This document shows positions 13,468 through 26,900 of a stretch of 64,000 bases of DNA, one piece after another. Every line of letters starts with the position of its first letter. Within the stretch, counting starts at the first letter, position 1. Both the position numbers and the translations under genes were made by a program. The notes below the pieces were generated by a model. That model had not been told where the DNA came from and made no database searches. It saw only the letters and a list, made by a program, of their open reading frames with translations. The stretch spans positions 33,852,001-33,916,000 of the forward strand of contig CM069151.1 in NCBI GenBank assembly GCA_035221665.1. Direction: 5' to 3'. This stretch comes from Okamejei kenojei. Taxonomy: Eukaryota.

Positions 13468-14770
13468 TCTATATTACTAAAAGTCTGATCTTGACCACTT
13501 CCTGTTGTTCTGTATTTTGATTTTCGAAAAAATGCTGCCATTTACGGCCACGCCCCTTTTTGGCCATCTTACTCAGATTCCGCTGCGCAGGACAAGAGGA
13601 TTTTTCCCATCAATGAAAAATAAAAGAGTTTTTAGTGTTTAAAAATGTTGAGATTCTCTCTCCTGAAGCCCCCCCCCCCCCCCGCCCCCGGGACTATAAA
13701 AGCCGGAAGTGTTGAGTGCCTCAGTCAGTCTCTGCAAGATGGGGGAGTGAGAGGGTCACGCCGCTCAGTCTGAGCTGTGAATAACACTGAACAGATGTCT
13801 ACTAAACTGTGAGTAGTTTTACTGATCTGTCAGTGGCCTTAATGTGGTATGAAAATATAGTTTGGAAATGCTAAAGCTGTGTTGCCTTTGGTTTAGAAAT
13901 GCTAAAGCTGCATTGCCTTTGGTTTGGAAATGCTAAAGGTGTGTTGCCTTTGGTTGGAAATGCTAAAGCTGTGTTGCCTTTGGTTTGGAAATGCTAAAGC
14001 TGTGAGCCTTTGGTTTGGAAATGCTAAAGCTGTGTTGCCTTTGGTTTGGAAATGCTAATGTTGCCTTGCCTAATTAAAGTTGCCTTGCCTAATTAAAGTT
14101 GCCTTGCCTAATTAAAGTTGCCTTGCCTAATTAAAGTTGCCTTGCCTAATTAAAGTTGCCGTGCCTAATTAAAGTTGCCGTGCCTAATTAAAGTTGCCGT
14201 GCCTAATTAAAGTTGCCTTGCCCAATTAAAGTTGCCTTGCCTTCTATATAATTAAAAGTCTAATCTTGACCATTTCCTGTTTGCGCTTTGTATTAATTTT
14301 TTTTTAACGCTGCCACGTACGGCTGTGATTTTTGGTCATCTTAGTCCCCCTCTACTTATCAGCTGCCAAGGATTTTTCCCATCGATTAAAAATAAAAGAG
14401 TTATTAGTGTTTAAAAAAATGTTGAGATTATCTTTCCTGTCAATCACGCCATGAAGGCCACGCCCCTTCTGGTGGCAGGGGGGGGGTGGGACTATAAAAC
14501 CCAGAAGTGTGGGCGTGGCTCAGTCTCTGCAAGATGGAGGAGGGAGAGGTTACGACTCGCTGTCTTTAGTGGCCTTGCACCCTGCTTGAAATGGTATGAA
14601 ACTGCGCTTGAATTTGGTGGCCTTGCACCCTGCTTGAAATGAAATAGCCGTGAGTCAACTGCCAGCGCACCAGTCAACTGCCAGCCCACCTGCACAACAG
14701 GCTTGAGTGACTGAGCCGCCAGCCCAAGAATCCATTCGCCCCACAATGTCCATACTAGCCCTCTGGAAAC
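13468..14770 (+). mobile_element. Helitron-like non-autonomous element with duplicated 5' segment and internal minisatellites
   Basis: A|TCTATATTACTAAAAG 5' end, repeated at about 14243; no TIR or TSD; 3' hairpin-CTAG not clearly seen. Confidence 0.55.
13860..14241. repeat. Two adjacent minisatellites: about 30-bp ggtttggaaatgctaaagctgtgttgcctt (about 7 copies) and 19-bp gttgccttgcctaattaaa (about 9 copies)
   Basis: Directly visible tandem units. Confidence 0.9.
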
Positions 14771-15039
14771 ATTTTTAGGGAAGCCAATTTGGAGGAGGTT
14801 TATTGGAATGGTACAGGACAGAAGACTACTGTTATCTGGAGGGAAGCTGTTATTGTTCTACTTAGAACAGAGAGAGGAAACTTAAGATTCTTTCAATATT
14901 AAGATGGGTTTGAAACTCTAGCAGCAGTACAGTAGGAAGTAAGAGAGTACAGATCCTCCTTTGAAAGAACCATGGGAGATATGAGATTTAAAAAAAATCT
15001 TGTCAATTAAGGTATATAGTGGCGGAGAGTATAGAACTA

Positions 15040-15545
15040 AGGAAGCTATAAACCATTGTGTTTTCTATCCCTAGCTGGAGAGTTGTCTCTAATTCTAGAC
15101 AGCGCACTTCAAGAAGAAGGTCAGAGCCTTGGAGAGGAAGAAGAAGTGCTTTATTAGAATGAAGTCAATTAAACCTCAACAGTGGGGAAGCTTTTAGAAA
15201 CAATTCAGGACAAATTAGCAGCCATTTGGATGATTAATGAAGGCCAGCAGGGATTTGTAAAAGGCAAATTGTATTTAACTAACATGAATTAGTTATTTTG
15301 AAGAAGTAGCAGAGACAGTTGATGAGATCAATGCAATAGATGTGTTGTAAATGGATCTCCAAATTACATTTGATACAGTGCCACATAATACGTTTGCCTA
15401 CAAGGTTACAGTTTATGGAGTAAAAAAGCAGTGGCAGCATGGATCTGAAAAACGTTTTGGTACATAAGAGGGGAAGATAATGTGAATGGTTGTTGTACAG
15501 ATGAGCGGAAAGTAGTCGACTAGAGCTTGGTACTAGGATCACCAG
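15040..15545 (+). mobile_element. Decayed CR1 fragment
   Basis: QQGFVKGK.CLTN and FDTVPH remnants. Confidence 0.55.
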
Positions 15546-15629
15546 TATTACTCATGCAGGGAGCCGGGAAATCCCAACCTCTGTGCCATTGCCATTCTAT
15601 CATATTTTAGTCCCACTCAATCACCAGAG

Positions 15630-15960
15630 AGCACAGTGGTGCAATACCACATAACCCAGGTTCAATCATGACCTTGGTGCAGTCTCTGTGGAGTTTGCAT
15701 GTTTTTCATATGACTGTGCGCATTTCCTCTGGGTTCTCTGGATTCTCTGGATTCCCCCCGTATCCTAAATTTGAGTCGGTTATTTGGCACACTGTTTAAG
15801 TGAGTGGTAGAATCTGTGTGGATTGGATTAAGAATGTGCAGATAATTAAAAAAATAATTAATATACAATTAATGTATTTTGGTGGTTGATGGTTGGCGTG
15901 CACTCAGTGGACCAATGGTTCTGTTTCCTTGCTCTATCTCTTCATGACTCTATGACTCTA
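15630..15960 (+). mobile_element. tRNA-derived V-SINE (HE1-like)
   Basis: A/B-box-like head; core tgtggagtttgcatgtt. Confidence 0.6.
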
Positions 15961-17892
15961 GATAGAGATTCTCTAACTCACAGCATCACCTATTCCAATC
16001 AGCCTCAGTTCCAGGGTCTGTCCACAGAACAGGAACTACAGCGCTCTTTAAACGGGGTTTATCCAGACTCAGATTTATATGACACTTTAAGCAAGGTCCA
16101 ACTATAGACCAGAGTTATGGATCAAATACCAATAATCACTGGATCTTTAACGAAGGTCTAAGAACAGAGTGAATGACTTTGCACTCACAAAGTGAGTTTC
16201 AGAGTCTAGACTGCTCGAGCTGTCAGACCTTTTGAGTTGAGTCGAACACTGACAGCTAGTCAATTGCAGTTCAATACATGGAGCAATATATATTAACAAT
16301 CCTCTGCTGAGAATTCTTGCATCATATGCATTGCACTGATATCTGGTGAGAGGGAAAGAGTTAACATAGGACTGAACTGGTGCTTGTGAAGCGCTTAACT
16401 CCCTTGATTAGCCCGAGAGACCTCAAGGAAGGAAAGAGATGTTACTTCGCTGAGTCTATTTCTCAGTGCTTTCAATCGCCTTTCTCGTTCTGGGGAGAAC
16501 TGTGGTGCAGTGCTGTGTCACTCTGCTCCATTACTGGGCCTACCAGCAGCTCTTTGCACAATAATGACAAGCTGGTTTCCAAAAATAGCCTAGTGGTGGG
16601 AAGCCTTCGACTCCTTAAACAATCTGAGCATGCTCAGGAAATTAGCAGAAATGTGTCAGAGTTCCTAATCTCCACTGAAAAGATTGTCACTTGAAGGGAG
16701 AGCCAGAGGTGAGAGGCAACTTGCGTGTGTGAGTGGAGTCTGCGCTCCTTATTCTTACTGTTCTACGGATAATGTCTACCTTGAAGGCGGGTGAGAATTA
16801 TATTAATCTGTGGTTGACTAGTTCATATAATGCCTGTTTCTCAACCAGTTTTATTGTGCCTGGTCCAGGTTTCTATTTAAACCTTGAAATTGCTGGCAAT
16901 TTAACGTACTATTAATCATTTTAAAGTGAAGAAATATTGCCCATTGTAATGTTTTAGTATATGTGGAGCAATATGTTTATTGCTGTTGCTTGTGATAAAA
17001 TGTTAATTCCATTCTTGAATTGATTTTCGTTGCGTTGTTCCCTAATGCCAGACATTCTGTAGTAAATAGCTGAGTGATAACAGCAGAAACTCAGGCAAAT
17101 GTAACTTTACCTTTTCCTATACTCTCACAAATTACAGTAGGTACCAACTCTCACTGGGTTAAAGTTCTACCAGTCACCCACTGCCGCTGGAGTGTAGTTC
17201 CTCAGGAACTGTCTCTCCATAATACGAGACACTGACTGGGGTGTAGTTCCACACCTATTGACTGGGGTGCAGTTTCACAGACACACTGACTCTCACTGGG
17301 ACCACAGTCCCTACTTCATGCAGCTTTTTATTGTTACTTTTATAGTTGTGAACCGAGGATGCCCATTTCCTTCCCTCCCACCAACCCCTGTCCCGCTCCC
17401 GCAACAAAGTGGCAGAGCAGTATATGATGAAAGGCTCAGATTTGTACCTAATCATGGATTTCCGAGGGTTGTATTTGGCCATCTTGAAGTCAGCAGTCAA
17501 TTTAGGATCTTGCTGATTAATTTGTTGACTTCCACATTTGGCAGTGCAATGGCAATTTACGGAAGCCTTTGTTTAAGCAGTTTTACATTTTCAGATTGTA
17601 AAATATTCCCCTGAAGTTCCAGTAATTTATGAAGCGTGAAGCTAATCTCCCAGAGTTAAAGAGATGGAGCTTTTCACTGGTGCATGCTATATTGTCCTTA
17701 AAGTCCATTGTTTATTTGGAAAGGCAGTTAGCACGAGGGGAGGAGGGAAAGAGGGAAGGTGTCAGTTCCTTCCGGGAGAGGTGTGGGAGGAAGAGTCGAT
17801 ATCAGGAATGAAAGGAGGGAGTTCAGTTCCTCAAGGGAACTGGGAAGTGAGTCACCACCTTCACGGGAAAGAGAGAGGCAGCATCTTTAGGA

Positions 17893-17910
17893 ATGGGCCA
17901 GCGTCTTAAG
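17893..17910 (+). CDS. Candidate first coding exon (MGQRLK)
   Basis: ggaATGg Kozak context and a perfect AAG|GTAAGT donor; phase 0 fits the next exon. No homology support. Confidence 0.4.
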
Positions 17911-20900
17911 GTAAGTTAAAAAGATGCATCAATTAGTTCTGCTGCCACCAAGCGCCAGAGACCTGGGCTTGACCCTAACCTTAGATTTTGTCAGAGTGGA
18001 GTTTGCATATCCTTCTGTTGACTGCTTGATTTTCTTCCAGTTGCTCCGGTTACCTCCTCATACCAAGAACGCGTTGATTGGAAGGTTAATTGTCTATTTA
18101 TAATTATATGAATATGGTGGGTCGAGAGACCTGTTTTTTGTACTGTATGATTCCATGACTCCTATCGGAGGAGAGAGCCAACATCTTTCAAGGAAAACGC
18201 TGTGAGTCAACACCTTCAGGGTAGAGAGTGTGTACCTTGGGAGGAAAGGAATAAGTGGCAGTTCAAGTGAGAGAGAGAGGGAAGAAGAGGAGGTTAAGTG
18301 CTTATGGGGTTGCTGGGACTCAGGCAGGAGTTTTGAGAGATGGAGCATCGCTTGATTTCCAGATCAGGAGGATGACAGACTGCAATGCTTTCTGATTTTA
18401 GCTACAGTGAGACTATGCACTGAGGCTGAGTCCGATTGGCACCAGTGAAATCCTTTGTGAATTTGTGCACAGAAATTCTAGTGTTAACTGTTGGAGCGTG
18501 TGTTAGGTTCTTTTAAAGTGGCCTGTCCTACGGAGGAGGACTGGCAGCAGCTTGCGTATGATTATAGACTGTGCTCAGCAGTTACCATGGTAATGATGTT
18601 GCTCAAAACTCAAAAGCAGCTAGTGAAAAACTGTCGCCCAGCAACACCGCATGAAGTGTGAGAAGGCAGGAGAAACATGAGCATTGGGAGAGATGATTGG
18701 CTAGGGAGCCATTAATGGCAGCTTAACCACGGGGCAGTGTGCCTGATCACCGGGCCTACTGCTTAACCATCAAGGTTCCACATCTCATTACCAGTTCTCT
18801 TTCTATCATAGGTTCATAAGTTTTAGGGGCAGAATTAGGCTATTCGGCCCATCAATACTACACCATTCAATCATTGCTGATCTGTCTTTCCCTCTCAACC
18901 CCATTCTCCTGCCTTCTCCCCAAAACCTCTGAAACCCATACTAAACAAGAATGTGTCAATTTCCACCTTAAAAAATATCCATTAGCCTCTATAGTCTTCT
19001 GTGGCAATGAATTCCACATATTCACTACCCCCTTGCTTTTGGTTTTGACCCAATTATAGGAATCTGCAATCATCACTGGGATCTCTGCACAGATAACAGG
19101 AATATCCTACCCAAAAGCATTAATTTGCTGATTCTGGGGTATTGCTCCCAATCACTGGTTCTTTCCCCGATGACCAATGCCATTCATTTATTTCCAGCTC
19201 CCTACTCTCCCCCCTCCTGTTGGGCCACATATACATCAGACAGTACATCCAGGAATTGAAACTGTTGCCTTCACTCGCACGTTCTATTCCTTTCATTGTC
19301 ATGAGTAACCAAATCTGAAGAGTCGACAAACTTCCTTGAATACAAGGTCATGACAATTTATACTTCAGCCTCCTACTGCTCCAATTTCTCCCAGCTTAAC
19401 ATAATCTTATTCCTGTGATGGATCGGAAGCTGGTTGAAATTAGAGCACAGGTTAGCATGATTTCATTGAGTGGCAGTAATGTATCAAGGAACTGAACTAT
19501 TTCCATAGATATGCACATGCTTATATCATCTCCACATTTGACTGCCGCTTTTCTTTCCTTGTTGGTCTTCCATCCAAATTATACACCATGTTCTAAACGC
19601 AAGGTGATGTCCTGCTCATCCTTGACTTTCTACTCCATTATATTTTTCTTCATTCATTCATTCATTCATTCATTCATTCATTCATTCATTCATCCGTTCG
19701 TTCATTCACAGGACGTAGGCACGTGGTGGGTCTGGACTCATGAAAAGGCCAAGCAGGTAAGGATGGCAGATTTGCTCCCTCTGGAGGACATAAGTGAACA
19801 AGATTGGTTTTTGTGATACGTCAGTAATTTTATGATCACAGTGTTGATGCTGGCTCTTTTTGAATTCTAAATTTACTTAATTCCTAGCATTTAAATTTCT
19901 TAATTACCATTGTGAGATTTAAATTTATGTTGCTAGACCAATGGCATAGGATTCTGGATTCTTGTTCAGTAAACATGCATTATTCCATTGGTGATGTTTG
20001 CTCTACAATGTTCTTCCATGCAATATATAAATCTCAAACCAACATTTGTTTGACATATTGCATATTCTCTACACCCATCAAAGTAACCGATCCTTCAACA
20101 TTGGCACTTAGTCCTGAAATCTATTTGAAATCCATTTCTCCATTCAAGCTGTTGTTCACCCTTCCTAAACATTGTCTCCTCCGCTTCAGCATTTATTTGA
20201 GATATGCTTTTTTGGGGGCATTTCTTAACATTAAAGTATCAGTATAAAATCCTGTTAAAATGTAGTTTACCTGATGTGGATGCTGGTGAACTCAGTGGGT
20301 CAGGCAGCACATGTGGAGGCAATGGGACAGTCAATGTTTCAGTTTGATATCTTACATAAAGAGTCTTGATGCAAGGCCTTGACCTGAAATGCTGACTATC
20401 CTTTGCCTCCACAGATTAATTTACCTTCTTTTGAGGCAGGGGCTTGCAGATGATAAGTGGAACCAGGTGTGGAGGGGAATGATAGCAGGTGGGGGATGAA
20501 GATGAGACGCGGTTAGGACATAGGAGTTGGTTGATGATAGATAGATAGACAGATAAGGAGAGAGAGAAAAAAAAAAGAGGTAGATGGAACCAGGTGGGGC
20601 AAGAAAAGGGTGGAGGTAGAAGCAGAAGATGTTAAGTGGAGGCAACAGCTTGCAGATCCTGGAATCTGATAAGTAAGGGAGGCGAAAAGTGGAACCATAC
20701 AAAGAAGGGAAGATGGGTAAATGGAAGCAGTTTCAGAAGGGGATAGGTGAGACACTAGGATACATGTGGGTGACAGATGAATGGACCCAGGTGCGGAGGG
20801 GAATAGAACTGCGTAATCGAGGGCTGGGAGAGCTTGGGTGGATCATGAAGAGGGAGAAAGGAGCACTGAGTGCGGGTTACCTGAATTTAGAAAATAACGT

Positions 20901-23900
20901 GTTTATACCATTAGATTGTACAACACCCAGATGGAAAATGAGGTACATTTAAGTGGAATGTGTGGTATTGTTGTTTGGGGAATGTTTTTTCACAGATCAA
21001 GGGATGGTATTTGATTGGTCGGTTGAATTGAGTTTTGGGGATTAGGTGAGACATTTCCAGAGTATGGGGTTTGTTGTGTAGTATTGTGCTGATTTACTTT
21101 TCTGGTGTTATTGCCCTGTGGTATGCCTTTTGCATAGGTAGGTATTTTCTTCTTCATTCCACTCTCTGAGGAGATTCAATGCTACGAAAGATGATTTAAT
21201 GATGAAGTGGAAGGAGTGCCTTGTAAATGTGAATTAAATGGAAGAATAAATCAATGCCACACTTGATCTTTGAACACAGGTCACCGCAAAAAAAACCCCA
21301 TTGTAGAATAGGGAAATCTTCTGATGGGCGGTTCCTTGCACATAATAGGAAGGGATAACATGTCACACTACAAAACAAAAACATAGGATGAAAAATACAG
21401 TTCTCCTTTGAGTTGGTAAGGAACAATGGAAGGCTTGGATAGAGTGGATGTGGAGAGGATTTTTCCACAATTGGGAGAGTCTAGGACTAGGGGTCATCGG
21501 CTCAGAATTAAAGGACGTTCCTTTAGGGAGGAGATGAGAAGGAATTTCTTAAGTCATAGGCTGGTGAATCTGTGAAAATCTTTGCCACAGAAGGTTGTGG
21601 AGGCCAAGTCAATGGATATTTTTAAGGCAGAGATAGACTGATTCTTGATTAGTACGGGTGTCAGGGGTTACGGGGAGAAGGCAGGAGAATGGAGTTTGGA
21701 GGGAGAGGTAGATCAGCCTTGATTGAATGAGGTAGACGATGCACCAAATAGCCTAATTCTGCTCCTATTACTTATGATCTTATGACATCCCCTATGTGCG
21801 GAGTTAGATGATGTTATGGAAATCTATGTGGAATTTGATTCATTTATGGAAATCTAACCTATTGCTGGAGAGCTTGAGTGGGAAATATAACATCCCAGTC
21901 TCACAGTTGGAAATTGTACCAAGGTTTATGGGAATTTAAGGAGGTGTGCAGAGGTACATTTCTGAAGCAAATGTGTGAATGCGAATAAACACGAAGGAGA
22001 AATCTTGTTACGTCAAGCAGATCAATTGGTTATTCCTCTCAGCAGAGTGTGAAAATTAGGTACTGCATTTTCAGACATATTTTTGAGATGTTGTTGTGCA
22101 TACATGAATCTTTATAATTTAGTATGTCTTTTCAAACTGGTGCCCAGTTAATAATGTCCTTTAATGGGAAATTCTGAAGATGGGTGTCAACCCGAAACAT
22201 CACCCATTCCTTCTCTCCCCTGCATGTCACGCGGAGTTACTCCAGCATTTTGGGTCAATCTTCTAAATTTCAAATGGATTGAGGCAAGCAGACTAGCTCA
22301 TGTCAGAAAGATGGTGATCTTTTCGAGTGTGTTTTGAGGATAATTTACTGCAGTAATATGTTGTAGAACCAACAAGACAGTAGTTAGACGTGGATGTTAG
22401 ATGTAGTAATAAGACAAATTTAGTTAGTAGTTGAATAATAACCAAATGTCTAATTAAGACTGAATATGATTATGTTTCAATTTAATGTTCATAAAGGCAA
22501 AATACAGAACTACTCTTAAAGATTGTAGATATATTTAAAGGCTGCCATCCCTTTTTATGTAACAGAAATTGTCAATGATATATATGTTAATAGGCTAAAG
22601 AATAATGAAATGGATTACAAGAAAATAATTTTATATGGATCAGTTGTTATTACCTAAAAATAGCCATGGATACCTTAATATAAATTAACATAAAACCAGA
22701 AGACAAAACGTATGACTGACCAAAACTAGCACTTAGTGACTGGGAGAGCAGTCAATTGAAGCAGGAGGTGATGATACAAGTTCAAGTACAGGTAGTAAAA
22801 ATCACAAATAGAGATCATGAAAAGGATTCACAAGGTAGATCAATATTAATTTTATTTTGCAGGGGCAAAAGGGGCAAAAACAATCATCGTGAGCAATGGA
22901 AACTTGAAAACTAAGCAGTGAGATTGTAAATTAGAACATTACGATATTTAAAAAAAGAAAGGTGTATTATAATATATTTTTATTCTTACTTGACACTAGT
23001 TTAAAATAAAGGACTAAACACCTAGACATTTTTTCAACTGAGTAGAGAGCCACTGTGGATTGGTTTGCTATAACTATTACCTGGGAAACCTAATTTTAGG
23101 TTTTGAAGCTGTGTCTAAATTAGTCAATGGGGAATTCCCACAGATGTTATTTGTGCAGATTTCTTAAAGGCATTTGATGAAATTACAGCTTAATGGTTAT
23201 TCAAATGTGTTTTTGAAATGGAATTCGACCTCAAGCCAGGCAACCAAATTCTATTGACCAACATCATGCCTCCGTATCTTTCTCTTTCAACGTCGTTAGA
23301 AAATAGTTAACAATTCAAACAATCAACAAAGATACCCATAAATTAAAATAACTTTCAGTGCCAGGCAGAATTCTTACCGTGGCCCTCTGTGTCATCATCT
23401 GTGGTCAACATCATTACGAGACGTTGAAACTTCCTCAACATTCCCTCCCCTTCACTACTGGTGTACAGTGATAGCAGTTTGTAACATGCATCACATACAC
23501 TGCACCTACTCATCTACATTATTCTGACAGCTTATCCTAAACTGGCCCATCAAAATAGACATGGGCAGCAAGTGCATGGGAATACCTTCATACATTAACT
23601 CCTCCAAACCACATATCTTCTCGACATGGGAATGTTATCACTGTTCACTGTTGCTGGGACCGAATCCTGGAATTCCCTAGCCAACGGTAGTGTAGATGTA
23701 CTTTCTCCAGAAGGACAACAGTGGCTCACCAGTACTATTGCAAGGGAAATTAGGAACTAATTAATTAAATTAGTTTCAATAAAAGGCAAGCAAAAATGAG
23801 GATTTACATCAATTGGTATTACTGTCAACTCATCAGATATATTGTAAGCTCATATATTTTGCATCTAAAAGGGAGAGTTTATTGTCTAAATAATACAATG

Positions 23901-26900
23901 TATGAATAGTTGGAGGTCTTAAGAGACGTGAGGGTCTAGGTGTGTAGGAAAGAACAGCAGATGTTGATTTAACTTGAAGATAGACACAAAAGGCTGGATT
24001 AAATCAGCGGGTTAGACAGCATCTCTGGAGAAAGGGAGTACGTGACATTTTGTGTCGAGACCCTTCTTCAGACCTAGGTGCTAGGGTCTAGGTGCTTGGA
24101 TCAGAAAAGATATAGAGGAGAAGCAAAATTATTGAATTGTTGCCTCCAGATGATTTTAAACCAATGGAATATAAAATCTGTCATACAAAATCTGGTTTAA
24201 CTATAGCTGGAGGACTTGAGCTTACTAGATCAGACCACAGAGAGACTACAGTGTAGACTTGGGTTTAGGTTTATTTATTGTCACCTGTTCCGAGGTACAT
24301 TAGAAAGCTTTGTTGTGCATGCTACCCAAACAGATCAGATATACTGTACATAAATACAAACATGATACTCAAGGACAATAGATAGAGCGCCTGACGTGTT
24401 GCGTGATTTTCATCAAGGATATTCAGAAGGATTTTCATCAAATATATTCAGAAGGATAATTCTGAATATATTCAGCGATTTAGTCTTGTTCAAGGGTATA
24501 AACGATGAAGAGTTGACCTGTGAAAAAAGTGAATGAGAGGGGAAAATCTCAATTTTTAAGATAGCCTCACATTCTTGGACAGCGCAGAGATCTTCACAAC
24601 CAACGAATGACTTGTTAAAAGTCAGTCCCTGTTGTTTTGTAACAATGGTAGATAACTGGTGTACAATAAGGTTTCATATAGGAAAGAACTAAATCTAAAC
24701 TCAGCCTGTGCCAAACCTTTGAGAGAACAACAATCCCTCTCCCCAGCTCCTATTACATTGCCCTACAAATGCCCCCTTTTTCAAATACGTATCTATGTTC
24801 CTTTTGAAGTTCTTGTTGAATTGACCATGACCATTTCTGGTAATGCAGTCTAGATTACCACAATTCCTGCCCATATCTCACTCCAGTTACCGAGCTATGT
24901 ACATGTCACACTCACCAAGCCACTGGTTCGGTTATTCCCCTTGAGTCACAAATTTCTATCTCTAACATGCTTCCAGACATGGGTTATACATTCTATTAAT
25001 TCATTTTCTATCTCCTCAGCACTCGATTGACTGCATGAATCCATTCTCACGGGAGCTGAACCAACTAGCAGAGTATCTTAAGGTAAGCTACACCATAATT
25101 TTAAAGATTCACTTTGTGGGGATTTCTGTTCCATTGTTAGATCATGAGGTCTATTTCACGACTAATTGTGTTTGTTAACAAATATCAAGAGCTTTGTTGC
25201 CCCTTGGCATTTGAGCAGGACGATGACTTTTGGTTGATGGTGTGACTGCTTTTGGCCTCTGATTGATGTCCCGCCACAATGAAGCACAAACATGAATCCT
25301 GTTACCACTTCAAACATGACTCCTCTTCCCATCAGGGGACTTGCTGGGACACTGTTGACCAGAGTAGACTTTTCCATGTTTATGATGAGGCAACCACTCC
25401 CACATGTTAGTGTCACCTTCAGCCTGCTATTATTTTGTGTTGATTCACAGCAGAAGGTATTTTTTGATGGGATCTGCAGTTTTTTCCACTGTTTCTTCAG
25501 GCGAGGCAAATGGAGATGGCTTACTATTATACTTGCTGCAGTGTAGTATTAGTATACCAGAAACACGGAATGATTACAGCTTGAAAAGAAACTATGTGCT
25601 CTATGCAAAGGTAATCCAACCTGTCCCACTCTCTTGCCTTCTTCTCTGAACCCAGTAAATTAATTTATTTTCAATATTTATCCATTTCTTATGAATATCC
25701 CAATTCAATCTGTCTCTGCTATTAACCCCTGGTAGTGCATTCCAGACCCTAACCATTCACTGTGTAAGAATATTTTTTCTTGGGTCACCTAAGTTATTCT
25801 AATGACAATTACTATTATTTTACGTCCCCTAATTCTTAACCCCTCTGCCACTATCAGTTTCTGTTTATCTTTATTTCCTTTACCCGTCATTATTTTAAAG
25901 AACACTATCAGCTCTCCTCACAACCTTGTCCGTCCTAAGGAGGACAGGTCTAGGCACTCCAGTCCATTCCACAGGATGTGGATTGTCATCCCTGGAATTA
26001 TTTTGATAATTGTCTTCTGCACCTTCTTCAGATCTGTTCTAAAGTGTAGACAAAATTAATTATTTGTCGTCGAATGAGTATTTTAAGATAGTTCATCATG
26101 ACCTTGTTCTTCTGCTGTGTTTCTGTTTATAAAGTCCAGCATGACATATTCTTTTATTAACCTCTGTCTGAACCAACCCTGCAATTTGTACATAAATACC
26201 CACCAGTTCCTCTGTACTTTCACTCCTTTTAAAATTGTACCTTTCGGCTTACATTGACCTTTTCAATTGTTTTTCTATCAAAATGTAACATTTTATATTT
26301 CTTTGTATTAAATTTCTTCTATCATCTAGTTGCCTATTCCACAACCATGTTTGTATCTCCTTGCTGTCTATTACCCTCCTCTTTACAGTTCACCATGACT
26401 TCAAGTATTGTGCCATATGCCCTGTACATCTACATTCAAATAATTAATTTGTAAAATATTAAGAAAAACAGTGATCTTAGTACAGACCCAGAGGGAACAC
26501 TACTGTACACTTACTTCTCGATCAAAGTGCAATTTTTAATTTTACTCTCTGATTCTTGTTACTTTCTAAAGCACTGCAACAGCCCCTTTTATTACATGTC
26601 CTTTTGATGACAGACCTATTATGTGGTACCTCATTGAATGCCTTTTGGAAGTACACGTATACCACATCAACTGCAATTCCTTGCAGCACTTTTAGTAACT
26701 TCATTAAAAAAATCTCAATCAAGTTAATTAGATATAATTTGCCTTTAACAAAATTCATGCTATTTTCGTTCCTGCGCTGTTTTTTTAACAAGGTTCCAAT
26801 GATCTTCATGTTACAATTCCTGGGCATTAACTCTGAATCCATAGGTCTTTAGAAGATTATGGTCAGTGGCCCTGCAACCTCCTTCCTTAATTCCTTTAAT

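Noticed and set aside
13860-14241. CRISPR-like appearance of regular repeats
   Set aside because: No unique spacers; tandem minisatellite in a eukaryotic TE.
1-17890. Search for SLMAP FHA-domain exons
   Set aside because: No GRS, SRNHA or SSNGT motifs recognised by eye; a tBLASTn would be needed to exclude them.
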